Of a DNA stretch of 47,340 bases, positions 45,879-47,340 are shown piece by piece (positions within the stretch are counted from its first letter, which is position 1; every line of letters starts with the position of its first letter). The stretch lies in IMG/VR virus record IMGVR_UViG_3300032243_001902, positions 1-47,340 of that record. One strand, given 5' to 3'. The translations under genes and the position numbers were made by a program. A model generated the notes under the pieces. The model saw only the letters and a program-made list of their open reading frames with translations. It did not search any database and was not told where the DNA came from. Source of the DNA: a virus. Its lineage: Duplodnaviria > Caudoviricetes.

Positions 45879-47340
45879 TCACTTCACCTTATTCGACATG
45901 ATCTTTGGTTGAGTCCTGTTGATTGTAAGGTGGGGAGTTGTAGTTGTACCATCCCATTTTTTATGCCAAATCCAACCACCAAGTTTTGACTTGAACTCTG
46001 CTGCTCGAGACTTGATCATTTCATCTGTGACGTGTGACCATGGAACATCAAACATCATGTTAGATTGTGCAGTATCTTCATAGGTTTTACCTGAAAGAGA
46101 CTCCCAATGTCGCGTCCAATAATCACGATAAAGTCTCATCTTTCTTTCTAGATCATACCAACTATAGTGAAATACCCCGGGGAGATTTTCAATGACATTA
46201 TTAAACCATATGTTGTAATCATTCAAGGCCTGAGAATTTCCAAGGACGGCTGCCCGCCGAGCAGAATCAGCTTCAGGTGAGTAGAAGCTTACGTGGTTGA
46301 TTCTTTCTCCTGTGACTACATCAATCATGTCACAACCGTCTGTTCCTTCGGCTGCACACAGGTTTCCTTCATCATCGTACTTTCGAAGGTCTGAAGGAAT
46401 TCCATGGGTGATGTTTGGTTTGTTTCTACTGATCCTCCACTTCCATGGCATGATGTCTGCCCTGACCTTTTCTGGGCCGCCCCAATATTCGATGACTGGA
46501 AGTGAAATGAGATCGACACCGTTCGAAAATTTCGAACACAGATCGATGATCTTTTGGGCATCATCTTCGTGAACAATTTCATCAGAGTCCATCTGCCAAC
46601 AGAACGTGGACTTACACATTGCTCGAGCGGCTGCTTTTTGCATGCCGTCAAACACAGCAAATCTTGGGTGATTCCAATCTCTCTTGATGATCTTCAACAA
46701 GATCTTTTCATCAGGAGAAGAGACGGTCTCACCCTTGTCCAGAGAAGACATGACTGCATCTGTCGGTTCAAGGTTCATGAGGTTGAGAAGCCTTTGAATC
46801 GTTCCGTCCGTAGAACCACCGTCGACAACACAAACCTCATTGCTGAACTGTAGCATCGATTGAATGCATTCTTCAAACGGATAGTCTTGTTTGACTCCGT
46901 TGTAGACTGTTGTGTAACCACTGATGGAAGGACGGTAGTTCATCATGTTTTTGACGCCGTTCCAGAATAACCCCGGTGCTGCAAAGAGATATTCTTCTAT
47001 TGATGTGGTGTCCGTCGTATCAAACCAGTCTTCTTTTCCATGCTGAACATAATCATTGAGGTGAAGTTGGCATCCTAAGAGCTTGGCCTCAATGACCATC
47101 CTTGGACAAGTGTCTGCTCCTGCAGGAAGATAAACGAATCCTTCTGCGACTGACATTTTTGCTAGCATTTCTTCGTATGGGACGTTCCAAACAACTTCAT
47201 GTTCCTTTCCGTTGACCTCGCACCACTTCTTGGCCGCAGTAGCTCCCTTAACCCAAGAGTCCGAACCCAGGACGATCCACCCTTTCCGTTGGATACCGTC
47301 CTTCTTGACCTGCTCTCGAAGTAACTTGATGGTCCCTAAA
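45879..47340 (-). CDS. Two-domain glycosyltransferase (GT-B/GT4-like fused to GT2), 5' end outside the window
   Basis: The frame stays open from 47168 to the window end (LGTIKLLREQ...WIVLGSDSWVKG...). DTCPRMVIEAKLLGC is GT4-like; ISGYTTVYN...VCVVDGGSTDGT...QMDSDE is GT2. Confidence 0.85.
   Translation of the reverse strand, partial: LGTIKLLREQVKKDGIQRKGWIVLGSDSWVKGATAAKKWCEVNGKEHEVVWNVPYEEMLAKMSVAEGFVYLPAGADTCPRMVIEAKLLGCQLHLNDYVQHGKEDWFDTTDTTSIEEYLFAAPGLFWNGVKNMMNYRPSISGYTTVYNGVKQDYPFEECIQSMLQFSNEVCVVDGGSTDGTIQRLLNLMNLEPTDAVMSSLDKGETVSSPDEKILLKIIKRDWNHPRFAVFDGMQKAAARAMCKSTFCWQMDSDEIVHEDDAQKIIDLCSKFSNGVDLISLPVIEYWGGPEKVRADIMPWKWRISRNKPNITHGIPSDLRKYDDEGNLCAAEGTDGCDMIDVVTGERINHVSFYSPEADSARRAAVLGNSQALNDYNIWFNNVIENLPGVFHYSWYDLERKMRLYRDYWTRHWESLSGKTYEDTAQSNMMFDVPWSHVTDEMIKSRAAEFKSKLGGWIWHKKWDGTTTTPHLTINRTQPKIMSNKVK

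Noticed and set aside
20375-47340. Cellular O-antigen/LPS/capsule locus
   Set aside because: No wzx/wzy/wzm/wzt or initiating transferase is evident, and the cluster is contiguous with phage baseplate and late-sigma genes.
1-47340. Alternative genetic code, tRNAs, introns/inteins, IS elements
   Set aside because: Genes tile the strand under the standard code with TAA, TGA and TAG all used as stops, the gaps are too short for RNA genes, and no intein or transposase motifs were seen.

Overview
A 47 kb, gene-dense segment with every credible gene on the minus strand. It is best read as part of a large (jumbo-type) myovirus genome using the standard genetic code. The left ~19 kb is a virion module: a repetitive tail-fibre-like gene running off the left edge, several large Ser/Thr/Gly-rich structural proteins (one with a NIDO-like and one with a LamG-like domain), baseplate wedge (gp6/J-like), gp25-like and gp5-like genes. 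A T4 gp55-like late sigma factor follows. The right ~27 kb is a very large soluble glycan-biosynthesis island. It holds about 14 glycosyltransferase-like genes, two NodU/CmcH carbamoyltransferases, a GDP-mannose 3,5-epimerase, a CDP-tyvelose-epimerase-like SDR, a DegT aminotransferase with a GNAT, a truncated UDP-glucose dehydrogenase, an RmlA-like nucleotidyltransferase, a methyltransferase and a compact ADP-heptose block (cupin-GT9-hldD-hldC-hldA-HAD). No flippase, polymerase or lipid-carrier transferase is present. The leading hypothesis is a phage-encoded virion glycosylation system that targets an [S/T]-[G/A]-S motif enriched in the neighbouring structural proteins and uses a non-canonical heptose pathway, with a cupin in place of GmhA. 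All functional calls come from motif recognition by eye; no searches were run.
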